The notes beneath the pieces are model-generated. The model ran no database searches. It was not told where the DNA came from and saw only the letters and a program-made list of their open reading frames with translations. From an uncultured Prevotella sp. (GTDB lineage: Bacteria > Bacteroidota > Bacteroidia > Bacteroidales > Bacteroidaceae), in assembly GCA_900317685.1 (NCBI GenBank), contig ONHQ01000007.1, positions 7,737-71,736 of the forward strand: a stretch of DNA of 64,000 nucleotides. Reading direction: 5' to 3'. A program made the position numbers and the translations under genes. Below, piece by piece: positions 49,242 to 59,159 of this stretch. Every line of letters begins with the position of its first letter. Position 1 is the first letter of the stretch.

Positions 49242-52085
49242 TCAAGAGAGTTTTTCCTTAAGATACTGTCCTGTCACACTCTGTTTACAAGCCACAATGG
49301 TCTCAGGTGTACCTTCACAAACGAGCCGTCCTCCTTGATTGCCGCCATCAGGGCCCATGTCGATCACCCAGTCGGCACATTTGATGATATCCATGTTGTG
49401 CTCAATGATCAAGACAGAATGGCCGCGTTCTATCAGAGCATTGAAAGATGCCAGAAGCTTACTGATGTCGTGGAAATGAAGACCAGTGGTAGGCTCGTCA
49501 AAGATGAACAAGGTAGGTTCCTGCTTCTCCTGACCAATGAAGTAAGCCAACTTCACGCGTTGGTTCTCACCACCGGAGAGCGTAGAAGAACTCTGTCCTA
49601 ATTGGATATATCCCAAGCCAACATCAGACAGAGGCTGAAGCCGCTTGACAATGTTTTTCTGACCATTGGCTCCAAAAAAGTCAATGGCCTCATCAACGGT
49701 CATATTGAGTACATCATTGATGTTCTTACCCTTAAAGCGAACCTCCAGCACATCTTTCTTAAAGCGCTGACCATGACAGGCTTCGCACTCCAGCGTGAGA
49801 TCGGCCATAAACTGCATTTCGACAGTGATATAGCCGGCGCCCTTGCATTCCTCACAACGTCCGCCCTCAGTATTGAAAGAGAAATACTGTGCCGTGAAGC
49901 CCTGCTGTCTGGCCAAAGGCTGCTCGGCGAAGAGTTGGCGAATGGCATCGTAGATCTTTAGATACGTAGCAGGATTGGATCGCGTGCTCTTGCCGATAGG
50001 ATTCTGGTCGACAAATTCTACATGACGAATATCTTGCCAGTCACCTTCCATGGTCTGAAACTCGCCTGGAGCATCCGTCACCTCACCGAGCTTACGCTTC
50101 AAAGCCGGATAGAGGGTATCACGCACTAAAGAAGACTTACCAGAACCGGAGACACCGGTCACCACGGTCATCACGTTTAGCGGGAAACGGACATTAACGC
50201 CACAAAGATTATTGGCCCGGCACCCTTTCAGCTCGATGGACTTGGTCCAGGAGCGACGAGAGAAAGGCACCCCGATCGTCTCGGCTCCTAAAAGATATTG
50301 CAGCGTGTGGCTACAAGGATACTTCTCCAACAAGGCTTTTGCCGTGGCAGCATCTACGTCATGTGGCACCCGCCCTTCATACACGATCTCGCCACCATGA
50401 CGTCCGGCATCAGGACCGACATCGATCAACCAGTCGGCTTCACGGATAATATCTTCGTCGTGCTCCACGACAATAACCGTATTGCCCAACTTCTGTAACT
50501 CACGCAGCACATGGACAAGACGGGCTGTATCGCGGCTGTGCAGGCCAATACTCGGCTCGTCAAGAATATAGAGACTCCCGACCAACGAAGACCCCAAAGA
50601 TGTGGAGAGATTGATGCGCTGACTCTCACCACCGGAGAGCGTATTGCTCTGTCGGTTGAGCGTGAGATAGCCAAGCCCGACATCGCAAAGGAAGGTCAGA
50701 CGCGACTGTATCTCGGTGAGCAAGCGCTTGCTGACTTGCCGTTCATGGTCGGTAAGCTCAAGATGGTCGAACCAGTCCTTGAGATTCTTCACCGGCATCT
50801 CCACCAAATCCACAATGCTGCAACCGCCTATCTTCACCCATGTGGCTTCCTTGCGCAGGCGGGTGCCGTGACACGTAGGACAAACCGTCTTGCCACGATA
50901 GCGACTCATCATCACACGATACTGGATCTTATACTGGTTTTCCTTCACCATGTCGAAGAAGCCGTCAATGCAGACAGCATCAGCCTTGCGCTCTCCGTTT
51001 TTCTTTTTGTCGCACGGCAGCCCGTGCCACAGCATATCCTTTTCACGCTGCGACAATTCAAAATAAGGCTTGAAGATGGGAAAGTCGTACTGAGCCGCCC
51101 GACGGCAGAACTCCTCCTGCCACCATTTCATTTTCTCCCCATGCCAACATTGAACGCAACCCTCATAGACCGACAATGACGAATTGGGAATGACCAGTCC
51201 TTCGCTGATGCCAATGACAGAGCCGAAGCCCTCGCAAGTGGGACAAGCTCCGAGCGGCGAGTTGAAAGAGAACATATTGTCGTCGGGCTCTTCAAAAGTC
51301 ATACCGTCCGCCTCGAAACGAGACGAGAAGTCGTAACTCAGCCCAGAAGGGAGAAACACCACCCGACAGGCACCATTACCTTCATACATCGCAGTCTCTG
51401 TGGAATCGACGAGGCGCGCAATCATGTCTTTCTCATGTGACACACTCGTACGGTCGATCACCAGAAACATCTCTTTCAACGCAGCTGACAAAGCCTCATC
51501 GTCGTCTTGAAGCAGATCCTCAATGCGCAACACATCAGTACCCTTCATCAGGCGAGTGAAGCCCTCCTTTAGGTACATCTCTAATTGTTCACGCCCTGTG
51601 CGTCCCTGTGGAATTACCAGCGGTGAGAGAATCATCAGCTTCGTGCCGTCGGCAAATTCCCACGTTTTTTGCACTACGTCCTCCGTGGTATGCTTCTTGA
51701 CCTCCTGTCCCGAAATGGGGGAAAAGGTTTTGCCAATGCGGGCGTAGAGCAAGCGCAGATATTCGTATATCTCAGTAGAAGTGCCCACCGTGGAGCGTGG
51801 ATTCCGGGCTGTCACCTTTTGTTCAATGGCGATAGCAGGAGGTAAACCCTTGATGAAATCGCACTCTGGTTTACTCATTCGCCCCAAAAACTGTCTGGCA
51901 TAGCTCGACAGACTCTCTACATAGCGGCGTTGCCCTTCTGCATAAAGCGTATCAAAGGCCAAACTCGATTTTCCAGAGCCCGACACGCCAGCCATCACAA
52001 TAAAAGCGTTACGGGGTATTCGCAAATTGACGTTCTTCAGATTGTTTACCCGCGCTCCTTTGACTTCTATATATTGATCTTCCAT
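49242..52085 (-). CDS. uvrA: Excinuclease ABC subunit UvrA
   Basis: Two GVSGSGKSSL Walker A motifs, LSGGE signatures and CxxC Zn fingers. Confidence 0.97.
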   Translation of the reverse strand: MEDQYIEVKGARVNNLKNVNLRIPRNAFIVMAGVSGSGKSSLAFDTLYAEGQRRYVESLSSYARQFLGRMSKPECDFIKGLPPAIAIEQKVTARNPRSTVGTSTEIYEYLRLLYARIGKTFSPISGQEVKKHTTEDVVQKTWEFADGTKLMILSPLVIPQGRTGREQLEMYLKEGFTRLMKGTDVLRIEDLLQDDDEALSAALKEMFLVIDRTSVSHEKDMIARLVDSTETAMYEGNGACRVVFLPSGLSYDFSSRFEADGMTFEEPDDNMFSFNSPLGACPTCEGFGSVIGISEGLVIPNSSLSVYEGCVQCWHGEKMKWWQEEFCRRAAQYDFPIFKPYFELSQREKDMLWHGLPCDKKKNGERKADAVCIDGFFDMVKENQYKIQYRVMMSRYRGKTVCPTCHGTRLRKEATWVKIGGCSIVDLVEMPVKNLKDWFDHLELTDHERQVSKRLLTEIQSRLTFLCDVGLGYLTLNRQSNTLSGGESQRINLSTSLGSSLVGSLYILDEPSIGLHSRDTARLVHVLRELQKLGNTVIVVEHDEDIIREADWLIDVGPDAGRHGGEIVYEGRVPHDVDAATAKALLEKYPCSHTLQYLLGAETIGVPFSRRSWTKSIELKGCRANNLCGVNVRFPLNVMTVVTGVSGSGKSSLVRDTLYPALKRKLGEVTDAPGEFQTMEGDWQDIRHVEFVDQNPIGKSTRSNPATYLKIYDAIRQLFAEQPLARQQGFTAQYFSFNTEGGRCEECKGAGYITVEMQFMADLTLECEACHGQRFKKDVLEVRFKGKNINDVLNMTVDEAIDFFGANGQKNIVKRLQPLSDVGLGYIQLGQSSSTLSGGENQRVKLAYFIGQEKQEPTLFIFDEPTTGLHFHDISKLLASFNALIERGHSVLIIEHNMDIIKCADWVIDMGPDGGNQGGRLVCEGTPETIVACKQSVTGQYLKEKLS

Positions 52086-52286
52086 ACTTATCTAAAACGA
52101 AACGATGCTTGAATAAGAATATATTCTAACTCTACAAAAGTACGCATAATATTCTAAATGCACAAATTTATAATCATGTAAAAACACCATGCCCACATTT
52201 CTTGACTCTTTAAAGAACATTTCACATCTGATGATGGCATTGTTTCAAAGATTTTATGTAAGTTTGCAATAAAAATAACTTCGACA

Positions 52287-54059
52287 ATGAAAAAACAACG
52301 ACTCACAAACCATCACCACTCTCTGCGCCTGATGGGCATGCTATCCTTTTTATTACTCTGCTTACAAATGAACACACCCGCCTTTGCAAAAAAGCAAACT
52401 GTCACTTTGAAGATCGTGGAAACCAGCGATGTCCATGGCTGTTTCTTTCCGCATGACTTTATCAACAACACCGATATGTCAGGCTCTCTCGCACGGGTAA
52501 GCACTTTCTACAAACAATTGAAAGGCCAGTATCCAGAGAGCACACTGCTGCTCGACAATGGTGACATCCTGCAGGGACAACCGATCAACTACTTTTCAAA
52601 TTTCGTTGATACGCTACAACACAATATTGCAGCAGATGTCGTCAACTACCTCGGTTATGACGCAGAGACGGTTGGCAACCATGACGTAGAGACAGCGCAT
52701 ACATGCTTTGACAAATGGGCGGCCGAACTACACTGCCCTCTGCTTGGTGCCAACGTGATCAATACGGAGACTGGGAAACCATATTTCAAACCCTATACGA
52801 TCATCACGCGCCAAGGCATACGCATTGCGGTCTTAGGCCTTCTCACACCTGCCATTCCCAACTGGGTGGAACAGACGTCATGGAAGGGGATGCAATTCGA
52901 CGAAATGGTCGCCACTGCAAAGTATTGGATGAACATCATACGTCAACAGGAGCACCCTGATGTAGTCATTGGGCTCTTCCATTCCGGAGCTGAAGGGGGA
53001 ATCACCACTCCTAACTACGCAGAAAACGCTTCTTTAGCAGTTGCCCAAGATGTGCCGGGCTTTGACCTGATCCTTTTTGGTCATGATCATACCCGCCATT
53101 TGCAGATGGTCAAAAACAATATGGGAAAAGATGTGCTTTGCCTTGACCCGGCAAACAATGCGCAGACTGTTGCTGTTGCAACACTCAATTTAGAAAAAGA
53201 AAAGGGGAAGTGGACGGTGAAAGATAAACAAGGGGAACTGGTAGATGTCAGAAATTACGAAATCGACCAGAACTATGTGAAGCACTTTGAACCGTATCTC
53301 AGCAAGGTGAGCAATTTTGCCAATAAACAGATAGGCAACTTTGCTCATACGATCTACACACGGGACAGCTTCTTCGGCAACAGTGCCTTCAACGATTTCA
53401 TCTTGAATCTACAGATGAAATTAACAGGCGCTGACATCTCATTCAATGCACCGCTGACATTGAACGACAGCATCAAACAAGGTCCGATCTCTGTTCGGGA
53501 CATGTTTAAGCTTTATAAATATGAGAATCACCTCTATGTAATGAGACTCACCGGTAAAGAGATCAAAGGCTATCTGGAGATGAGCTATGACCAATGGGTC
53601 AACACGATGACATCCCCAAATGACCATCTCTTTCTTCTGGAGTCTGTTAACACGGGATCGAACGAGCGTGGACGTTTCAAGAATTTCATCTTCAACTTTG
53701 ACGCTGCGGCCGGCATTGATTATGAAGTAGACGTCAGAAAGCCTAATGGGCAAAAGGTCAACATCATAAGAATGAGCAATGGCAAGCCTTTCGAAGAAAA
53801 CAGATGGTACAACGTGGCTATCAACAGCTATCGTGGCAATGGCGGCGGACAACTGCTGACACTGGGGGCCGGCATTCCCCATGACAGCTTGAGATCAAGA
53901 ATCGTTTGGCACTCGCAACGTGATCAACGATATTATTTCATGAAAGCCATTGAAGAGATGGGATTGGTAGATCCACAACCCAATCATAATTGGAAATTCA
54001 TACCCGAAGCATGGACGCAAGAGGCTGGAAAGAGAGACTATAAGCTTATCTTCAAGTAA
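52287..54059 (+). CDS. Bifunctional metallophosphoesterase / 5'-nucleotidase (CpdB/UshA-like), exported
   Basis: SDVHG, DNGDILQG, GNHD and GHDH motifs; C-terminal 5'-NT domain with NSYRGNGGG. Confidence 0.92.
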   Translation: MKKQRLTNHHHSLRLMGMLSFLLLCLQMNTPAFAKKQTVTLKIVETSDVHGCFFPHDFINNTDMSGSLARVSTFYKQLKGQYPESTLLLDNGDILQGQPINYFSNFVDTLQHNIAADVVNYLGYDAETVGNHDVETAHTCFDKWAAELHCPLLGANVINTETGKPYFKPYTIITRQGIRIAVLGLLTPAIPNWVEQTSWKGMQFDEMVATAKYWMNIIRQQEHPDVVIGLFHSGAEGGITTPNYAENASLAVAQDVPGFDLILFGHDHTRHLQMVKNNMGKDVLCLDPANNAQTVAVATLNLEKEKGKWTVKDKQGELVDVRNYEIDQNYVKHFEPYLSKVSNFANKQIGNFAHTIYTRDSFFGNSAFNDFILNLQMKLTGADISFNAPLTLNDSIKQGPISVRDMFKLYKYENHLYVMRLTGKEIKGYLEMSYDQWVNTMTSPNDHLFLLESVNTGSNERGRFKNFIFNFDAAAGIDYEVDVRKPNGQKVNIIRMSNGKPFEENRWYNVAINSYRGNGGGQLLTLGAGIPHDSLRSRIVWHSQRDQRYYFMKAIEEMGLVDPQPNHNWKFIPEAWTQEAGKRDYKLIFK

Positions 54060-54083
54060 ATCCCCAATCAACTTATCGACAAA

Positions 54084-54707
54084 ATGTTTCGGGATAAAAA
54101 AAATCTGTCCTTCGGCAGGTCGCTCATCGTGATGATGCTGATGATCATTACTGCGTTACCTGTAGAAGGACAGAATGCTCTTCAAAAGAAAACAGACAGC
54201 CGACAATTGGGCTTTGCCATTGCCTACTTTCAGGGAGGAAAATACCATGAGGCTAAGCTCATCCTGCAAAGACTGGACAGGGACTACCAACTCAATCCAA
54301 GATTCAGAGCTTATCTGGGGGTATGCTACTACTATGACCAAGAATACGTGCAAGCCACAAACTGCTTGGATTCTGTCATTCCACAGTTACAAGCCTTCGA
54401 TCCACAAGAACTGTCGTTTTACTACTATGCCGATGGAGAGAGCTATTTCACCTTGGGCAAATACGCTCAAGCCGTCCCACTCTACGATCAGGCACAAGCA
54501 CGTTGCCATGAAAGCGAGAAAGCGAAAATCTATTATCGGTTAGGATTGTGCCACTCCTTCCTCAAACAATGGTACAAGGCATTAGATGCACTTCAGAGTG
54601 CACTTGTTTACTATCAACAATACCAACCGCAGGAAAAAGCAAAGATTGCGGAAATCCGCAATCTGATCTTTGCCTGCTGCCATGAGATCAACCAGCCTAC
54701 TTCATAG
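54084..54707 (+). CDS. Exported TPR protein
   Basis: Signal-like N-terminus and TPR-like repeats (YLGVCYY, GESYF, LGLCH). Confidence 0.8.
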   Translation: MFRDKKNLSFGRSLIVMMLMIITALPVEGQNALQKKTDSRQLGFAIAYFQGGKYHEAKLILQRLDRDYQLNPRFRAYLGVCYYYDQEYVQATNCLDSVIPQLQAFDPQELSFYYYADGESYFTLGKYAQAVPLYDQAQARCHESEKAKIYYRLGLCHSFLKQWYKALDALQSALVYYQQYQPQEKAKIAEIRNLIFACCHEINQPTS

Positions 54708-55503
54708 CACTATAGTCATCACTTGCTAAAAGCTGCTGGTATGTCACAGAAGGATGCTTGTGCATATAACGGTCAACTATAGACACATACGTAGAACGGA
54801 AGAACGTCTTCCCCAATGCTTTGTTGGCAACCCACATGACTTTACCCATATGCAGATCCTTTTCCAACTGAGTACGCTGGTCATAATTTGCCATCGGATA
54901 AAGACTCAAGAGATAAAAACTCAAACAGTCCGGCACAATATTACTACGACCCATTGCTGAAAGTTGCTCCTTGGAAAAGCCAAACTCCTTGTAAACCGGA
55001 TATTTCGCTCCCATGTACTTGTCAAGAGAGATACCGATCATCTTGTCTCCAACCACAATGCTCTGATCCAAAGCACCTATTTGAGCATAGACACGGGGTA
55101 CCGGCATGTCTGGAAGCCAGTCTTTCAATTGCTGAAACGATTGCGACAACTCCTTGTTCAAGTCGTCCATATTGGCATACTCAGACTCCGCATCGGTGAT
55201 AATAGTCTGCAGAGTAGAATCCTGATAGAAACGCAAGAAGCGCTCATTGATGTCATGATCACTCACCTCACCGATTTGAAGCATCTTCTCTACAAGCGTA
55301 CGCGTCTCAATAGGGAACTCTGTGTTCATCTGCTGAAGAGCCGAAAAATCTCCCGTAATCAGATAACGACTCTCTAACCGGTCATAGCGCTCGATACGCA
55401 CATGACTGGCATCGTTATCATCATCGTTGGGTTTGAGTTTAAACTCACAACCAACACATAGCAGCATTGCAATAAACAATGCAAAATATATCTTCCGTAT
55501 CAA
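54697..55503 (-). CDS. GldB-related lipoprotein
   Basis: Lipobox-like CVGC, IERYDRL and GISLDKYMG motifs. Confidence 0.75.
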   Translation of the reverse strand: MIRKIYFALFIAMLLCVGCEFKLKPNDDDNDASHVRIERYDRLESRYLITGDFSALQQMNTEFPIETRTLVEKMLQIGEVSDHDINERFLRFYQDSTLQTIITDAESEYANMDDLNKELSQSFQQLKDWLPDMPVPRVYAQIGALDQSIVVGDKMIGISLDKYMGAKYPVYKEFGFSKEQLSAMGRSNIVPDCLSFYLLSLYPMANYDQRTQLEKDLHMGKVMWVANKALGKTFFRSTYVSIVDRYMHKHPSVTYQQLLASDDYSAMK

Positions 55504-55628
55504 AGAATATAGTCTTTTGTTGTTAACGATTTCTTCTTTTCAAGCAGTGGTATTATACTCCACTCTTACATTTGCAAAAGTACTAAAAAATATTTTTTTA
55601 TCCAAATATAAAGCTAAAAAAAACAAAT

Positions 55629-55657
55629 AAAACCTTCTTCTTGGAAAAAAGAAGGTT
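55629..55657 (-). terminator. Probable terminator after the PPTase gene
   Basis: AACCTTCTT / AAGAAGGTT stem followed by T-rich sequence on the minus strand. Confidence 0.6.
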
Positions 55658-55677
55658 GATTATACAACTACAATTAC

Positions 55678-56310
55678 CTAATTACTATAAAAAGAATAGG
55701 TAAGGACATAATCTGAAGTAAGTTTATAATGAACAGTAGCGACGCCCTTAGTTTTAAGCACATCCACCATGACACGGCCCTCTATCGTTTCCGCGCCACG
55801 AGCATCTCTATCCAAGACCGTATCAATATCCGATGGGAGGGCATGCAGCCGCATGTCGAAATAATCAAGCTTATGCTCTGAAAACAACTTATAGACAGTT
55901 TCCTTAGCACTCCAGTTGATCAATTGCTGCGCCAAAGTGTCGCGCTGCTCATCTGCCCGGATAAAGCGGTCAGCAACCTTGCACACCCTGTCTGAGGCGT
56001 ATTCAATATCTATACCAACTTGGAAATCTTTGGAAAGGATGATTGCCACCCATCCACGCGTATGACTGATGCTGATAGACCAACCATCAAGTTGAGGCTT
56101 GCCTGAGGGTTCGTGACCGATCACCAATTGATCATTTCCCGTCATCGCAGTCAAGAGCGCATAGACACAAAGTTCTTCTTTCAATCGCTTGTCTGATCGG
56201 AAGCATAAATCAACGCCCTTGGGCTTGGGCAGTTGATCTATACGCTCTGCCATTTGCCATAATCCTACTTGGATTCCCCGGCATGGCTCAAAAATATTAT
56301 TTAGAGGCAT
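55678..56310 (-). CDS. 4'-phosphopantetheinyl transferase superfamily protein
   Basis: SGKP, SISHT, VGIDIE and WSAKETVYK motifs. Confidence 0.92.
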   Translation of the reverse strand: MPLNNIFEPCRGIQVGLWQMAERIDQLPKPKGVDLCFRSDKRLKEELCVYALLTAMTGNDQLVIGHEPSGKPQLDGWSISISHTRGWVAIILSKDFQVGIDIEYASDRVCKVADRFIRADEQRDTLAQQLINWSAKETVYKLFSEHKLDYFDMRLHALPSDIDTVLDRDARGAETIEGRVMVDVLKTKGVATVHYKLTSDYVLTYSFYSN

Positions 56311-57628
56311 CTTGCTTCTTCTCGTGGACTGTTACCTTCACCTGGCTGATACGGCGCCGTTCAACACCCATCACCTCGAAAGTGTAATTGTCATAATCTA
56401 TCTTTTCATGCAGACTTAAGAAATCGCCTTTCAACTCCAAAAGAAGACCTGCCAAGGTATCGGCATCACCAGCAACATCCTCAAACTCATCGTCATCGAT
56501 CTTAAGTATCTTGCAGAAATCACTCAATAAAGTCTTGCCCTCAAACAAGTAGGTATTGTAGCTCAACTTAGAGTAGGTCTTCTCTTCTTCATCATACTCG
56601 TCATTAATCTCACCGACGATTTCCTCAAGAATGTCTTCAAGGGTCACCAAGCCGCTCGTACCTCCAAACTCATCAACTACGATGGCAATATGGACTTTGT
56701 TGGCCTGGAATTCGCGCAGCAGATCATCGATCTTCTTCGTCTCAGGTACAAAATAAGGAGGACGAATCAAACTCTGCCAACGGAATGAAGACGGCTTAGA
56801 CAAATGAGGCAAGAGATCTTTGATGTACAAGACACCACGAATATTGTCATCATTGCCTTGAAAAACAGGTATGCGGCTATAGTTGCTGTCGACGATGCAC
56901 TTGAGAACATCATCGAAAGAACTACGAATGTCAATGTCTACAATATCCTGACGGCTCGTCATGATCTCCTTTGCAGTCTCATCACCAAAGCGGATGATAC
57001 TCTGCAACATGCTCTGCTCATCTTTGATCTCATTTTTATCTGTCAACTCCAAGGCCTGCTCCAAGTCATCTTTGCTCAGCTGCCGCTGCTCCTTGGGCAC
57101 TGCCTTTTCTGCAAGTCCGCCACTCTTAATAAGAAGGGTCTCCAAAGGCCAAAACAATTTTCTTAGAAAGAAAATGCCACCAACAACACGACGACAAAAA
57201 GCCAATGGATTCTGACGACTGTAGACCTTTGGCATGATCTCACCAAAAAGCAGCAAGAGAAAAGTTAAAAGGACTGTGATGCAAAGAAACTGCAACCATT
57301 GGGCACGAAATACAATCAGAGACCCAAAGATAAAGTTACAAAGCATGATGATCGTCACATTGACGAAATTATTAGTGATGAGAATCGTAGCCAACGTACG
57401 TTCTGAATCTTCACGCAGCAACTCTATATTGGCGTCTTTAGTACTCTTCTCAGGATTCAATTTCTCTACATCTTGTGGTGAGAGACTAAAGAAAGCAATT
57501 TCTGAGCCACTGGCAAAAGCCGACAACACCAAGAGAATAGCAGCTAACACAGCTGCTATGCAAACGCTTATCGTAATCGGTTGGAATGCGATAAGGCTAT
57601 CTAAATTCTGTAATTCTGACCAATCCAA
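56297..57628 (-). CDS. gldE: GldE (CNNM/CBS/CorC family) membrane protein
   Basis: SGSEIAFFSL, FGEIMPK, YSRIPV and DEFGGTSG motifs; ssb-gldE-PPTase order typical of Bacteroidetes. Confidence 0.85.
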   Translation of the reverse strand: MDWSELQNLDSLIAFQPITISVCIAAVLAAILLVLSAFASGSEIAFFSLSPQDVEKLNPEKSTKDANIELLREDSERTLATILITNNFVNVTIIMLCNFIFGSLIVFRAQWLQFLCITVLLTFLLLLFGEIMPKVYSRQNPLAFCRRVVGGIFFLRKLFWPLETLLIKSGGLAEKAVPKEQRQLSKDDLEQALELTDKNEIKDEQSMLQSIIRFGDETAKEIMTSRQDIVDIDIRSSFDDVLKCIVDSNYSRIPVFQGNDDNIRGVLYIKDLLPHLSKPSSFRWQSLIRPPYFVPETKKIDDLLREFQANKVHIAIVVDEFGGTSGLVTLEDILEEIVGEINDEYDEEEKTYSKLSYNTYLFEGKTLLSDFCKILKIDDDEFEDVAGDADTLAGLLLELKGDFLSLHEKIDYDNYTFEVMGVERRRISQVKVTVHEKKQDASK

Positions 57629-57642
57629 CTATCAAACAAATA

Positions 57643-58050
57643 TTAGAAAGGAAGTTCTTCATTCGTCCCCTGCTCAGCGGCAGGCTTCTTTGTTGCTATA
57701 GAGTTTTCTGCAGCGGGTTTGGGCTTAGGGGTGAGAAGTTCCAAATTCTCCACCTGAATCTCCGTGACATAATGCCGGCGACCCTGCTGATCATCATAAG
57801 TATTATAGCGCAAACGGCCTTCTACATAGAGTTTATCACCCTTATGGACATATTGCTCCACAATCTTGGCCAACTGACGATAGAAAACCAAGCTATGCCA
57901 GTCTGTACGGTCTGGAACTTTTGTTCCATTTTTAAGCACATAGCCACGCTCTGTCGTTGCCAAAGTCACTTTAGCAACACATTGGTCGGCATCATAATAC
58001 CTAACGTCAGGCTCTTTGCCTACGTTACCAATTAACATTACCTTGTTCAT
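57643..58050 (-). CDS. ssb: Single-stranded DNA-binding protein
   Basis: MNKVMLIGNVGKEP, TDWH, KGDKLYVEG and acidic tip EELPF. Confidence 0.96.
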   Translation of the reverse strand: MNKVMLIGNVGKEPDVRYYDADQCVAKVTLATTERGYVLKNGTKVPDRTDWHSLVFYRQLAKIVEQYVHKGDKLYVEGRLRYNTYDDQQGRRHYVTEIQVENLELLTPKPKPAAENSIATKKPAAEQGTNEELPF

Positions 58051-58113
58051 AATATGGCAAAAATAGAACTTATATACAAACTTGATTAAACTCAGCCGAG
58101 GGCAAGGAACTAT

Positions 58114-58662
58114 TTACTTCCAACGACCCAGATATTTAAAACTGAAGCTTTTGCCTTTTGCGGAGGGGAACTGGCTACGAGGGTCAACACGATCACGCAA
58201 ATGATCTACAATGCGATTGTAGCAATCCTGGCCAGACACTGCCTTACAACGAGCAACAAAACGAGTATCCCGATATTCATGCTTGCCGGTGGAAGGAATC
58301 ATTACGACACGCTTGAAATTAAGCTCCCCTTCGTACCAGCCTTCACGCTCATATAAAAGTCTGCTGATTGCATTCTCAGCCATCTCACGGCGCTCAGAAA
58401 CCTGACCGTTAGCAGGACGTACAGCCTTCTTCTGCTTGAAATCAAGCATTGTTGCCGCTGTGGTCTTGATAATGATGAAATATACATGAGCACGAATCTT
58501 GTAACGCTTGGGGAAAAACACGTCACTTGCAGCATATTCGCGAATGTCAGCTTCCATTTCAGGAGTAACGTCAATATCTTCTATACTACGCAAAAAAGAG
58601 ATAGCATCATCAACATTGGTTACTAATGTTTCACTATTAAAATATCTAAGATATAAATTCAT
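58114..58662 (-). CDS. Hypothetical protein
   Basis: Start at MNLYLRYF (58662); the longer ORF in the track overlaps tRNA genes. Confidence 0.75.
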   Translation of the reverse strand: MNLYLRYFNSETLVTNVDDAISFLRSIEDIDVTPEMEADIREYAASDVFFPKRYKIRAHVYFIIIKTTAATMLDFKQKKAVRPANGQVSERREMAENAISRLLYEREGWYEGELNFKRVVMIPSTGKHEYRDTRFVARCKAVSGQDCYNRIVDHLRDRVDPRSQFPSAKGKSFSFKYLGRWK

Positions 58663-58690
58663 TGAATGGATGTTGTTTTTCAGAAAAAAG

Positions 58691-58763
58691 AGCGGCAAAC
58701 GGGACTCGGACCCGCGACCTCGACCTTGGCAAGGTCGCGCTCTACCAACTGAGCTATTGCCGC
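58691..58763 (-). tRNA. tRNA-Gly(GCC)
   Basis: GCGGCAATAGCTCAGTTGGTAGAGCGCGACCTTGCCAAGGTCGAGGTCGCGGGTCCGAGTCCCGTTTGCCGCT folds as a cloverleaf. Confidence 0.95.
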
Positions 58764-58786
58764 AACATAAAAATAAAAAATACAAG

Positions 58787-58870
58787 TGAAGAGGAGGAGA
58801 CTCGAACTCCCACGACATAATTGTCACTACCCCCTCAAAGTAGCGCGTCTACCAATTCCGCCACCCCTCC
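58787..58870 (-). tRNA. tRNA-Leu(GAG)
   Basis: GGAGGGGTGGCGGAATTGGTAGACGCG...TTGAGGG anticodon loop, long variable arm, GTTCGAGTC. Confidence 0.95.
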
Positions 58871-58899
58871 AACATGTAATCATATTCCGAATAGATTAG

Positions 58900-58981
58900 T
58901 GCCCAGAACAGGACTCGAACCTGCACGTCGTTAAACACACGCACCTGAAACGTGCGCGTCTACCAATTCCGCCACCTGGGC
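58900..58981 (-). tRNA. tRNA-Leu(CAG)
   Basis: GCCCAGGTGGCGGAATTGGTAGACGCG...TTCAGGT anticodon loop, GGTTCGAGTCC. Confidence 0.95.
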
Positions 58982-59007
58982 ATAAGTAGATTCTATTCAA
59001 AATATTG

Positions 59008-59080
59008 AGCGGCAAACGGGACTCGGACCCGCGACCTCGACCTTGGCAAGGTCGCGCTCTACCAACTGAGCTATTGCCGC
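59008..59080 (-). tRNA. tRNA-Gly(GCC), identical second copy
   Basis: Same 73-nt sequence as 58691-58763. Confidence 0.95.
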
Positions 59081-59128
59081 ATTTTCTTACTTTGTTAGTT
59101 GTAAGAAGCATTCCCCTGAATGCGAGTG

Positions 59129-59159
59129 CAAAGGTACTGCTTTTTTCTGAACCTGCAAA
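59129..59159 (-). promoter_or_regulatory. Promoter of the tRNA operon
   Basis: Minus strand: TTTG (59159-59156), 19-nt spacer, TACCTTTG (59136-59129). Confidence 0.75.

Noticed and set aside
54697-57628. gldB-like and gldE genes as evidence of gliding motility
   Set aside because: These homologues are common in non-gliding Bacteroidales, and no motor or adhesin genes are present in the window.
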